From Raillietiella orientalis (taxonomy: Eukaryota), in contig JAYWIR010000051.1 of the NCBI GenBank assembly GCA_036172245.1, positions 372,001-436,000 of the forward strand: a stretch of DNA of 64,000 bases, in the 5' to 3' direction. Below are positions 49,401-61,100 of the stretch, piece by piece. The notes beneath the pieces were generated by a model. It was not told the DNA's origin. It was given only the letters and a program-made list of their open reading frames with translations, and did no database searches. The stretch's first letter is position 1. Each line of letters opens with the position of its first letter. Position numbers and translations under genes: made by a program.

Positions 49401-52400
49401 GTACAGCCCCTAGAAGAAGAGACGGGGCGTTCGCACTGCTGGGAAAGGTCAGGACGGGTGAGGCGGGTGACGTCCGGGGGAAGCCGCAGGCGAGGAGTGC
49501 TGAGAGGGGCCACCGCGACAGCGACGCCCGAGGGGAATTTCCTTCGGGAGGACGACGTTTTCCAGGGATTTTTTGCCATTCGACCTCCACCGGTAGCGGC
49601 TCCTATGCGGGGCCGGAGCCGGGTCTACCCCTCAGAGAGATCTCGCAAGACACCTTGGGAAGCTCAGGGACACCGGTTGGCATGGCGACCCGCGCCCTTA
49701 GAGCGCGCGCTGAGAGAACTCGTCATCAGAGGTTTCTCCGGCAGCAGTGTGCTCCCCCCCCCCCCGCCTGCCGGATCGCAAAGGTGGCGGAGCCGTGAAG
49801 GGGGGGGGGGAGGGGGAAGAAAGAAGGACAGTCCGAACCCCTCGGGCATCCGGATCGCTGGAGTCTCCCCACGCGGGGGCACCTGGTAGCAACTCGTTGG
49901 AGCTACGCTCCGCGTGTCCGTCGGTCCTGGGGCGAAAGGTGCGTGGTGGCAGTGTCCCGGAAGTGGCGTCACCACGCAACCGCCTGCCCCCAGGCTGCCT
50001 GACCCGGGAAACGGCCGACACAGACCCCGTGGGCTCCCTCCGCCGAGGTTTGAGCGAGTCCATCCAAAGTTGGGCTGCCACGTGTGAACCGCGGCAACGG
50101 CCATCGTCGCTGCCAGCGTACACCATCGCAGCCCGGGTCACCGTCGCTACAAGAGCGCGCGTCGGAGAGGTCGGAAAGCGGAGCTCTACCGCCCACGTGG
50201 CGAGGCAGGCGCTAGACGCCCCGTTCGGGCGCGTTGGGGTAGCACCGCAAACGCGCGCCATTTCCACATCCCATCCGCGGCTCAAGGTTAGGTGCCGACA
50301 GTTCCCCTGCTGTACCTTTCGTTATCTCCCTGCTCCCGCGCACGTTCCGTCTGAAAAAGAGTGGCCGGTAAATCCTAGCGCGACTTTGGCGCCACTCAAG
50401 CGCACCGCGGAATTAAAGCCAGGAGGAGGAGGGAGAGGGGACGCCAAGGTTCGCGCACTCCAGCCTCTACCAGAAGCACCAACGCGCCACCAACTGCGAG
50501 CTCGGAAAGCAATATGGCGCTGCGAGAGTCGGGCGGGCGCACGGTGGCCTCGAGACCCCCCGGTCGACCCCTCAAAGAGGAGGAAGGGGGAAAAGAGGCG
50601 ACGGACCTCCGCTGCCCAACGCAGCCGTCAGCTTTTCCCTCTAAACGACCTCCTCTCATCGGCGCCACCGCAGCAGCCCGCCCGGTGGCCTCTGTCGCGC
50701 TGCTGCCCTGACTGCACCACCTCGCCGATGGCGCCGCCTTCGGCTCCCCCTCCCCTTGCACGCAGGGGAAGGAAGCTCTTGGCACCCACCCCTCGATGGA
50801 ACTCTCGTCTCAAAGAGACCCGAAGGGCAAAGACGAAAGGGGGACGTCCTTGCGGCGCGCGTCCGTGGACTGCGCTGACGCAGCAGCCGAGGCGCACAGG
50901 CAGTTGTAGCAGCGGATGTATGGCGGAGCTGCGAGCGCGCTCGCGGTTCCGGGCGTTGGCGAGGGACGGGAGGGAGATGGGCAAGCATCGCCCGCGAAGT
51001 TGGTGAGCGGGCGGAGTCGCGCGCGCATGAATGGGGGGACCGGCTGACGGTGCCAAGAGAGTCTGGCAAGCGTAGCCCCACGCGCGGGGGCCAGGGAAGA
51101 GAGCGTGAGGCTGCTTCTCCTTCAATGCGGCGCTAGGATGGCGCCTGCAGAGCACCGAGGCTCTTGGGGTGCCGGCAGTGAAGGGAGTGAAGGGGACTGG
51201 GAAAAGGAAGACCGCCTCTAGGAGTACCGGAGCCGCGCCGTCGTCGCCCGTGCACGCCCTAACTCGCCGTCCTGGCAGGCGGCGACCTCCTGCCCGCAGG
51301 GGAGGTCCACATTCCTCGGTCTCTGCGCGAGCAGTTGCCACTGAAAAGCCAAGGGCCCCCCGGACTAACGAAAGGGACCCTTGGCGTGGTCTACGGGAGG
51401 CGACCGGCGTGCCCCCTTCGCGGCTTCCTCAACAAGCGTCCACGTGGCTCCCCTTTCTCCGCGAGGCGTTGTCGCTGCGGTCTGCGTGGGTCGTCCGCTT
51501 CCCCAGCCACACCCAAGGCTGGCGGGGACCGCTGGGAGTAGGGCGCAGTTTCCTAGGGGACGCTCCCCCTCCTCCGGTGGGAAGCGAACGGAACTGACCA
51601 CGACCTCTCGTAGAGACCCCCAAGCACGGGGGCGGGCACCTCGTGGCCGCGTGCACCCGGAGAGCGGTGAGCGCCTTCGAGGGTCCGTCGCTGAGCCACC
51701 TAAGCGCAGGGAGCCTTCGCGAGGAAGAAAGGGGGCCTCTCGCCCCGGAGTGTGGCCCCCCGCTCAAGTGGGCTGGCAACGCGTTATCCCGGGCGATCCA
51801 CGCCCGCAGCCACGTCCGAACCGCCTCCTAAGTCCGCAGCGTACCCTAAGAGCGAGCGAAGAAGGGGAAGGGCAATGTGGCGCGGTTGCCTGAAAGACGA
51901 TGCCCTCGTAAGACGGATGGACAAGCCAAGAGAGGGGATCGAGCGGCGCCCGGAGAGAGGCGCGCGATTCCTCCCCCCACCCATCCTACCCCCGGGTGGA
52001 GTAGAAAATCCACGTCCTTCTGTCCCATGGGCGCGCGGACGTTTATCCCTTTTCCCTCACCGCGGGCCGGCGCGAGGGAGAAAGGAGAGTCGGAGCGCGC
52101 CTGCACTCTCCCTGGAGCGCGGGGAAGGGGACATCGCAGGGGTTTAGCGCTCCCTCTAGCCCCAGGAAGAGGCGGAAAGTCCTCGGGAGCGCAGGGAAGG
52201 GGTGCTGTCGCGGCTAAGGAGCCGGGACGGAGCGCGGGGTCACCTCGCGAGCCTCGGGAGAGATGCCAGCGACATAGCTGATTCACGGAGGGCCCCCGGA
52301 ATTCCCCTTGCGAGCTTTTCGACTTCCGGAAACCGGGTGCGGGCACAACCACAGTCGGATCGTTCCTCGCCCGGCACCGGGGTTGTCCTTCCTGCACGCA

Positions 52401-55400
52401 CTCAGGGACCGGGGCAAAGAAGCAGTGGGAGCACCCCGTGTGCGTTGGGAGCGGTGCGCGTCCCCGGCCTCCCCGAGTGGGGGGAGAGGCGCACACGCGC
52501 ACCCACCTCCGCGGGTGCGCTTCCGCGCAGCTGACGCTACCGTTGCCAGGAAATCCGGGGGCACCCCTGCAGCGGCGCACCCGCCGCGGATCGTTCTGGG
52601 ACGTCCCCCCCGCCGTCAGGTGCGACCACGCACGCGCAGCAGCGCGGACCGCCGCCTTGCGGCCTTGATGGGCGGATGCCGCCGGCGCGGAACGCCCTGA
52701 GCCGCAGCGTCGCGGCGCTCCCGTCGCCACCGCGGGGCGCGCGCGCAGCGGGCTCCCTCGAGCGCCCTTCGCGGCGAGTGGGCAGTCGACCGAGAAAAAT
52801 CTATGGGTCGACGGGCCGGCCGATGAACTTCCGACTGCCGCCGGCACACCCGAGAACGGACGGATGGGTGTCCCAAGTCGACGGCGGCGCTCCTCGCGGT
52901 CTCGGGGACAGAGGCCGGGGAAGATCCACGGCCCCTTCGGGTAGAGAGGCGGGCGGGGCCGGCCGGGAAAAGCGGCCGTGCAGTTTCGCGGGCGCGCCCC
53001 GAGCGCAGCGAAGATCCTGCGCGCAAGCGATCCGGCCGGCAGTCTCTTTGAGAGGCCGCGCCAAGTGATCCTCCGCCGCTCACCTACGAAGCAGGACCTA
53101 CGAGTAAGGAAGGGAGGAGCCGCCCCCTTTTGACACGCCCGGGAGCGGGAGGTTGGCATAGTGGAGGCGCCCGCTCGACCCGCTTCCCAGCGGCATCCCT
53201 CGGGAGGGCTTCCTGCAGCGATGCAGGTCCAAGTCTGCCTCGGAGCTCGTGCTCCGGCGTCGGGTTTTTCGGCGGCATTCGTCCCTCGAGCCGTCGCCAA
53301 TGTACCGGGGTCGCTGGGCGGCTTCCACATCCTGGCTGTCGGCCAAGCCGCTCTCCCTTGGCTCAATCATCCACCCCCTCCCCCTAAGGCATGTCCCGCC
53401 GCTCGAGTTCTCGCCCGCGGAAGGAGCGCGTTCCCTTCTCGGGAGCAGGAGACAGGAAGGCGCAGCTTATTCGACCTCCGCCTGAACTGGAGCGGCGCAT
53501 ATGCGCCGCCACCGCCGCCGAATGGCGTGGTCGGAGCAGGCGGGCACAAGGGTCCCTTGGAAATCAGAGGAGGGGCGGAGGACTCGGTGCCGCGGATCAC
53601 GCCGCGCGCCGAGGTTTAGAGGGGAGGTCCCGAAGGGGCCACGCCGGATCCCGGGGGGAGGAAGGAAAAAGAATCCTGTCGGAGGGGGGGATGGAGGCTT
53701 CACGAGGAGAGAGCGGCGTTCGGGGCGCCACTCCAGCGACCCTAGCAGACCGCGACCTCACGCGACGTCGGGACCCAACGTGGATCCCCTGCTCGGAGCT
53801 CCCATGAGAGCAGAGGGTCACGGGACAGGGCGCGGATTCCCCATTGCAGGCAGGAGAGTTTTGCTGGCAAGGGCCAGGCCGACTGCGTCCTATCCCGAGT
53901 GCCTGAGGGCCGCACTGCGACTTGCGGGCGCGCCCGTGCGCAGGGAAGGCGGACAGCACGCCCTCAATGTCTTTCCATCCCTGCTCGAGGGGGATTCAGC
54001 TGGATGTGGCCCTTCCTTCTCCCCTCGCGGAAGGAGGACGCCCTGAGGCTGCACGGGGAAACGCCGCCCGCCTCCTCGCCGGAGCCCGGGAGCGGCACGC
54101 CGCCGCACGAAGGAGTCCTCCGGGTCGGAGTGCCGAGAAGACCCGCGGAGACGAGGGTGACCGATAACCTCATGCCCTTCCCTTCCTGGAGGGTGGGGCG
54201 TGCTTTCCTCCCTTTCTCCGCAGAGGCAGCGAGGAAGGGAACGCCGGCAAGTTTTTCCTGGGTGGCGCGGGCGGAAGCCGCCGCCGCTTCGTCGGGAGGG
54301 CGGGCACGGAGAGGAGGGGCGGAGTCCAGGACTGGGGAGCGCGGAGATGTCTGAGGGCTTTCTAGGCAACCGCCCCATCCCGTCGGCTGCCTCTGTGGGG
54401 CGGCGCCCGTCCTCGGCTCGCCGCCGGTGGCGATGCCGCCGACCTTCCGGATCGGAGGAGGAAGGACGTGGACAAGAGACAGTGGAACCCCTTTCCTCAC
54501 CAGAGCTTCAGGAGGCAGCGCCCGCGACCCTCCGCTCCAGAACCCAACCGGGGGGCGCGGATCCACCCGAGGGAGTAGGGAGGAAGGGATCCATCCCCCT
54601 CCCTTCGAGATGCACTCCTCCATTCGCCTGAACCGGGGCGGCGACTGTGTGGTAGGCAGGGAGCGTAGGTCGCGAGAGGGGGTAGACACGTACCAGGACG
54701 TCTACGCGAAACGTCCTTCCTTCGGGATCACTCGGCACGCGCGACGATGGCGAAGGCTCCGGCGTAGCCTGGAAGGTCTCTGCGCCGGTCCTCGTACACG
54801 AAGGCGGTACCTGGCGAGGGACCCCGCGAAAAGCGGACCAGGACGGGGCGCCGCTAAGAGGGCGAGTGAGACGCGCCTGCCGCCCCCCCTTCCCCCCCCC
54901 TCCTATGGGGACGGCACTCACTCACCTTGGTTTCCATGCCGCGCTTCTCTATCTCTGACACGCACAGGGCGATGGGAAGGGGGATGTCGTGGCACGTCCT
55001 CTCCCTGGACCGCTCCAAGCGCCTCCTGTGGCACGGAGTGCCGCGCTGGGGAGAGAAGAGATGCTCGCTGGCGCCCGGCGGTTTCCAGGTAAGGGGAAGA
55101 GGGGGAAGCGCGCGCCGGAGTTCGCGCGACTTCGCGGACCTCCGAAGGGCCGGAGGGTGTTCCTGAGTATGCCGGGAGCGCTGGGAGGGGGGGGAGGTCG
55201 GACCAAGTCCAGAGTCGACCGCGCCACGGCGGCTTACCCGGGTCGCTGGGAAGCCAGGCGTCCGACGACGTCACTCCCCCCCGCACCACCCCAGAACAAA
55301 ATGCGACCGCTTTTCCCGGCTCTGCCGGGAAAGGCCCTCTCCTCCGTTGCTGAGGAAGCGGTGGGAAGCCCGGAGCCGTGGCAGCTGGCCTGGAGCGCCA

Positions 55401-58155
55401 CGGAAGGGAAACTCCCAGAGCTCCCGGGTGCGCGCCTGGCAACCGGAAAAAGCGGCTGCGCTTTCGCACTTTCTGGAAAAGGGGAGGAAGGCACGCAGGC
55501 AAGGCGCGGACCTACTGCTCGCAGTCCCCCACGTGAAGACCCACGGGAGCTTCGGCGCGACCCGCCAGTCCACCTGGAAACCATCAGGAAAGGGCGCGGC
55601 GGCCGCCTCCCTCCTTTTCGAAGCCACAGAGAATGACGAGTGGCATCGAAGGACCATCGATGACACTGCCGGCCGCTCCGCCTTCCTTTGGAGAGCTAGG
55701 GGCCCTCCCTTCATCTTAGGCAAAAAGAACGGGAGGGGTGCCCCAGCAAGCGTAGAGGGAAAGGCGCTTTGGTTGCCAATTGCCAGGGGTACATCGGGAG
55801 GAGAAAGGGGAGAAAACAAAGCAGGGAGGAGGAACAGGAAGGGAGAGGGAGGAGGGAGAGGAAGGAAGGAAGAAGGGAGGAGGAGGAAGGAAGGAAGAAG
55901 GGAGGAGGAGGAAGGAAGGAAGAGAGGAAGAGGAAAGGAAAAGCCGCCGTGACCGCCCTCTCATCAGACGCTCCCGGAGCGCCCTGGTCCCGTCCCGCGC
56001 GCGAGTCGCTCGAGAACTCAAGGGAACCGCACCAGAGCGGAGGATGAGAAGATAGGCGCAACAGGAGGGCGTCCGTGCTATCCCGCGCAAGCGCGCCCCC
56101 TCTCAAGAGCCTCCCATGTCCTTGGTGGAGGGACGGTTTCCGGGACTCACCCTCTCGTGCTCCACTCCTGGGTCCTCCTCCGGGCAGGGACACTCGCAGC
56201 ATCCCGCTCTGGATCTTCCCGAAGGGAGCGTCTCTGGAAAGAAGAAAAGCTCTCTGCACCCCGCTGTGGAGACGGCAGAGGGAAAGGCTGGACTGAGAGA
56301 GAGGAGGGGAAGGGGAAGATGCCCCGCGTCCCGGCTTGAGGCCAGGGAGCGCGATGCACTCACCGACTGGTGAGTTCCCGCTGAGCTGGCCGGAGGACGC
56401 CCCGCGGTAGCATGTGGTCACGGGCGACGCCGAGGAAGACGTGGCGTCCTGGTCGGGGTTGCTGTGACCGCTGCCCGCGCTCTCACTGTCGCTAACGGGC
56501 GTCGTCCACGCCCGGAGCGGCTGCTTCCCTGCGGAGACACATGCGAGAGAGAGTGGAAGGCCCCATGGCTGGGAGGGGGAGGAGGAGCGGGTAGGGAGTC
56601 ACGGCTTGCCTCCCGATGCCTTCCGAGGAGCGGAGAGCGCCCCCTCTGCCGACCGTGCCTCGAGAGCGGGACGAGCCGACCGGGAGGGAAAGCACGCCGA
56701 GGCGACCTCTGAGCGCTGACCCGCACGGTGCTGCTGCCAGGCGGCGGCTGGCGGAAGCTCCCTTCTTCCCTGCTCTCGAAGGGCACGCCTGGCCGCCGTG
56801 TGGAAAAAGGCGGAGAGGGTCCTCCTTCCTTCGCTATGCCTCGCCTGCTGACGAGCCCATTCCGGACGCCGCCAGCTGCGGGGGAGAAGAGGGGGCCACC
56901 GGGTACCAAAGAAAGGCAGGAAGAGCGGCCGGCAACTATGGTGGAAGCCGCTAGGGAGCGCCAGAACAGAACCGACGTCGAATCCGACGTCAACGCTGCG
57001 GGCAGTGGCGGTCCCTTTCTCCCCTGCTCCAAGTTCAGCAGTACCCGTGGACGGGGCGTGGCTCTCCGAGCAAAAGGGGAGCGACCGTGGGAACGACCTG
57101 TCACCCAGTCACGTCTCGGGGACGGTGCTGGGGGTGCAGATTCCGAGCGGGTCAGAGCAGCAGGTCAAGGTAGCGGGTCGGTGCGGGAGGCCGAAGACGA
57201 GCGAAGCAGAAGCCCGCTTCGTCCCGCAAGGCGGTGGGCCTCCGGCCCATCTGAATCGAACATGAGAGGGGGGCGTTGTCCTGTGTCTCTCAAGAGCGTT
57301 GTCTTCGCCGAAGACAACCACCCGGAGGAACGCTCCTCCGCCGATCATCCGGGAAGAACGGAATGACCTCGGGAGAACGCCGGAAGGCACGGAAGAGACT
57401 CTCCCCATAGGCCTCTCCTCGCGTGATGCGCAGTTACCTTCGCGGCACCCATCCTCCACACGCAGAGGGTCTGCGGATCTGTGGTCAGATGGCTCTGCCT
57501 TCGCTCTCATTTTCTCGGCCGCGGGCTCGAAGACGAACGGCGAGGCGGGAACTTCCTGAGGTTGGTCGTGAGGGGCAGTCGCACACAGCTTCCCGATTTC
57601 CTCCAGATAGCCGGAACCGGGTGCGTATAGGCAGCACTTCTCTGCTAGCATCTTGTACTGTGGTGGAACAGGGTGAGACCGGAAGCGCCCTCGATCCAGC
57701 CATCCGGGAGGAGGAAGAGGATGAAAGAAGGGAAGAGGAGGAAAAGAGGAAGAAGAGGAGTAAGTGAGGGAGAGAAGAGGAAGAAGAGAGAATGAGGAGG
57801 AAGAAAGGAGGCAGGGCAGAGGAGGAGAAAGATAGGAAGAAGGAGGAAGAGGAAAAGGAAAGGAGGAGGAAGAAAAGAGGAGGAGGAAGGCAGTTGGCAC
57901 CTGCATTCCAGGACCTCTGAGGTGCGGGGAGGGTGGGTATGGAGTGGGGTGTGGACTCACCCGGTGGTAGCTGAGGGCAGCGCGGGAGGCATGCATCTGG
58001 AAGTAACCGGTGCTGGCGGTCTTCATGGCCTTGTCGTACTGGCGGACGATCTCTTGGATCTGCTCCAGGACTTCCCTCTTCACCTTGCGCAGGGAGGAGT
58101 ACCTCTCGTTGGCCTCCACGATGCAGGCCTTGTACGTCGTCTCGGCCTCGCTCGC
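46432..58155 (-). CDS. ARHGAP45: Rho GTPase-activating protein of the ARHGAP45(HMHA1)/ARHGAP29(PARG1)/GMIP family; 5' end not located
   Basis: Exons found: 57961-58155 (F-BAR tail ASEAETTYKACIVEANER...YFQM), 57438-57657 (YKMLAEKCCLYAPGSGY...FVFEP), 56364-56491 (DSESAGSG Ser-rich linker), 54926-55045 (C1 remnant plus DIPLPIALCVSEIEKRGMETK), 49225-49409 (GLYRVSA arginine finger, HPNIISNVLKQYLRQMPDPLIP), 47650-47896 (FLVRHLKKI...MSATNLGVVFGPTLFR), 46432-47592 (tail ending EHFI*). AATAAA at 46419-46424 on the minus strand. One or two linker exons and the N-terminal exons are unresolved. Family assignment is firm; the symbol is only one of three vertebrate co-orthologues. Confidence 0.85.
49466..49558 (-). 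repeat. Diverged copy of part of the RhoGAP last exon (47113-47204) inside an upstream intron of the same gene
   Basis: GGTGACGTCCGGGGGAAGCCGCAGGCGAGGAGTGCT...CCACCGCG...CGGGAGGACGACGT aligns to GGTGACGCCCAGGGGAAGCCGCAGGCGAGGGGTACT...CCACCGCG...CGGGAGGACGACGT. Confidence 0.8.
55796..55943. repeat. Homopurine (GGA/GAA) low-complexity tract with a 25-bp unit repeated about 2.5 times
   Basis: GGAAGGAAGGAAGAAGGGAGGAGGA in tandem; lies in a RhoGAP intron. Confidence 0.85.
57706..57890. repeat. Homopurine (GGA/GAA) low-complexity tract in RhoGAP intron 57658-57960
   Basis: Almost pure A/G on the plus strand for about 185 bp. Confidence 0.85.
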
Positions 58156-61100
58156 CTGCAAGATGGGAGAAAGGGGGGGAGGTGGGAGAACTGCAGCCGG
58201 ACGGAAGGGGGGGGGAGGCAAAATCAAGGAAGAACAAAGGGGAGGAGGAGGAAGGGCCAGACATCTTTCGTGGTCCCGAGCAGAACGCCACGCTCTGGGA
58301 GCTACTACTTCAACCCGCCGCCGACTGGGCGCCGCGGCGGGGAAGGACGGAAGGCGTGCCGGAAAGAGGCGCACCCACGCGGGTGCGAACCTGAGGAGGC
58401 CGCCGTAGACCTCCGAATGTGCGAGATCTCCACCGCCGCCGACGCTCCTCCGGGAAAGCCGTCCGCCAGCCTTCGGGACCGGACCCAGGGCGGCGGGAGA
58501 GGGAGAGCCACAAGCGCCCTGAGGGACGCTGAGATGAAGACGCTTCCTAGGAGGCGCAGGTCGTCATACAGGACGCGGAAGAAAGAGTTCCACGACGAGC
58601 CACGCCTCCCGGAAGGTCGACGAGGTCGCGATGCTCGGCGCGGCCATGACACCGAGGCGGCCTCCTCCCTTCAGGAAACCTCGGGAGGAATCCCGATGAG
58701 AAAGACGCGATGCTCCGGCAAGTGGCAGCCGTCCCGGGTTTGAGGCGTTGGTCGCCATGGGAAACCTCCGGCGACTTTGCCTCCTCTCAACAGCCGCGGG
58801 TCGACGAAGAGGACAGGCTGCTGCCCTTCGGAAACATCGCCAAGAGCTTCCCTCCATCACACCCTCACGAGGTTGGGGGGAAGTCCTTGTCCCGCCAGAG
58901 TCCCTCTTCTCCTCCTGAGTATGCGGCCGGCTGGGCCGCCCGCTTCCCCATCCCGGAGGAAACTCGTGGAACGTGGCGCGGCGTTTGGAGCGGAAGAAAC
59001 CCCCCTCCCCGGGAACGCAAGCGCGAGGGGGGACGGGGGGTAACTGCCCGCAATCCCTGCCCGGATTTCCCGGTCGGAGGTGGAAAAAATCAAAGCAAAA
59101 CAATCACGCGTGCTCCGCTCCTTCTATTCGAGGTGACTGGAGCTTCCGTATCGCAGGCGACCAGGGGCGTGGCGCGGATCCCCTGATAATAAATCTCAAG
59201 GGGAGTCGCGACAGTGACGAACGACAGGGGCGCGCGATGCGGACAACACGCTAAGCACCGTGTGATGGAGAGAACCTCCTGCGGATCGCCGCGAGAAAGC
59301 GAAACCGCGCGGGAGGCCCGCGCCGACCGACAACAACAACAGCCCGAACGGGGGCGTCTGGGATCCCGTCGCTGCCCCGGAAGGAAGTCGAGAGCATCCG
59401 GATATCTGCGACGGGGAGGGAGGGACGCGGGATCCTCTCGGGAACGCCTCCTGCGGCCATCGAGGAGATGCGCCTTCCTCCTCCGCATGCTGCTGCTTCC
59501 GATTCTTCCGATAAGCGCCCGGGGATGTTCTCTGTCCTGCCGCTAGGTCCGGTCGCACAGCTTCACAAGAGAAAACTCGCGTTCCTTGCGTGCGCGGAAA
59601 GGCAAAAAAAAAAAAACCACCCTCAGAAAAACCGCTGTTTCATCCTCGCCGCACCCCTAAGCGCCTGAACGTGCGCATGCGCGCCAGCGCACACTCGTCG
59701 CCACTTTCGCTACCGCTCGCTGCATCCACCCTGTCTGCCAGCCGTCTTTGCCAATCCGTCTTTCACAATGCGAACGCGAAACTCGTTTTCTTCCCCCGCC
59801 CCCCCTCGCCTTTCAGATCTGCCGAAATGGCGCGCACTTTGGATTGGGGAGGCGGGGAGGGGGGGGGGCTTTGGGGTTTGGGAACTCACTAATTCCATCA
59901 GGGCATCAGGAGTTTCCCCTCCTGCGGCCGGTCGTTCGCGCAATCTGCTGGGGGTGCATTGCATTCCGCTCAAGTTCCCATTAAGAGGGTTGTTGCTTCT
60001 GACCTCTGCTAACCGGCGGAATTCGGGCTGCCCAACAGGGATCAGATGCAGGGAAAAAACAAAAACCCAGACTCTTGGAAGGAGCACGAAAGGCCGAAAA
60101 AGTTCTACGAGCGCGCCCGATCCGTGAGCCGAGCTCAAAATCGGGAAGCTCGCGCGGCAACAACGAAAGAGGCGGGCATGGCGGTGTCCGCGTTGTGTAG
60201 AGACAGTGTAGTCCACCTGGTGGGATGTTCCGAGGGCGGCGTCCATGTGCAAGGAAGAAAGTTGTGACAAGCGGAAGTCCAAACGCCAGGAGCGCGTGCG
60301 AACCCTGGCACCACCGAAGACCACAACAAGGAACCGACCCGCAGGGAAGAGCGATGGAGCAGACCGAGGTCGGAAGCAAAGGACGCGCGAACGAGTCCAC
60401 GTGGACCTATCGGATGGAAGTGAGCGGGAAAGGCACGAATTATCTGATCTCCTGCAAATGGGAATGAGGCAAGCGCATTCGAAAAGGCGAGAACCTCTGG
60501 CTGACAGGAAAAGAGCTGTGCGTGCGCGTTCGGGAAGCTCCGAGAGAAGCCGTGATCGGAGACGGGGACTGGGAGGACCGAATGGCCCGCAACGGTGAAG
60601 CGAAGATGAGAAGGGAAGAAGGATCCGTGCTGTTTCCTGCTTTCCCTTCTTTGTTTTGCTCGCTCCCTTCTTTTTTTTTTTTTGTCGAAGCAAACCTCCC
60701 CCTCTGCTACAGAGAGTCTTTTTCCGCGGAAGGCTGATCTGGTCCTCGCCACTCCCTTCCCACTTTCCCCTGCTGGAATGCTGCTCGCGTGGGACCGAGT
60801 TTCCCTTCCGTTCCCGGATGGCTTACGATGCTACGAGGATTTCCGATCTAACCTAACCTGGCGCCGCGAGAAGCGGTTTCTGGCGCATGTGCGCGTCCAA
60901 ACCCCGAAGAGCAAAACGATACTGCGTGTCTCCAGGTGCCCACGCCTACGCCGGACGCGTTCTCGGTGACATCCGGGAAGAGAGAAGCAAAAATGGCGAC
61001 TCTGCACGAAGGGTGCAAACGCCAGCGACGCGGCCGCCACCACCGGAGGAGGCGCAAGGCCATGAGGATGGACGCCTTAGTCTCGGAAAGAACATACTGG

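Noticed and set aside
51846..53366. 506-aa minus-strand ORF (likewise 49747-51006, 47615-48142, 46505-47566, 7139-7993, 7150-8064)
   Set aside because: Arg/Pro/Gly/Ala-rich translations with no recognisable domain, expected by chance in GC-rich DNA or as shadows of real exons.
57109..58374. 421-aa single-exon ORF
   Set aside because: Only 57961-58155 and 57438-57657 are family-homologous; the rest is read-through of stop-free pyrimidine-rich introns.
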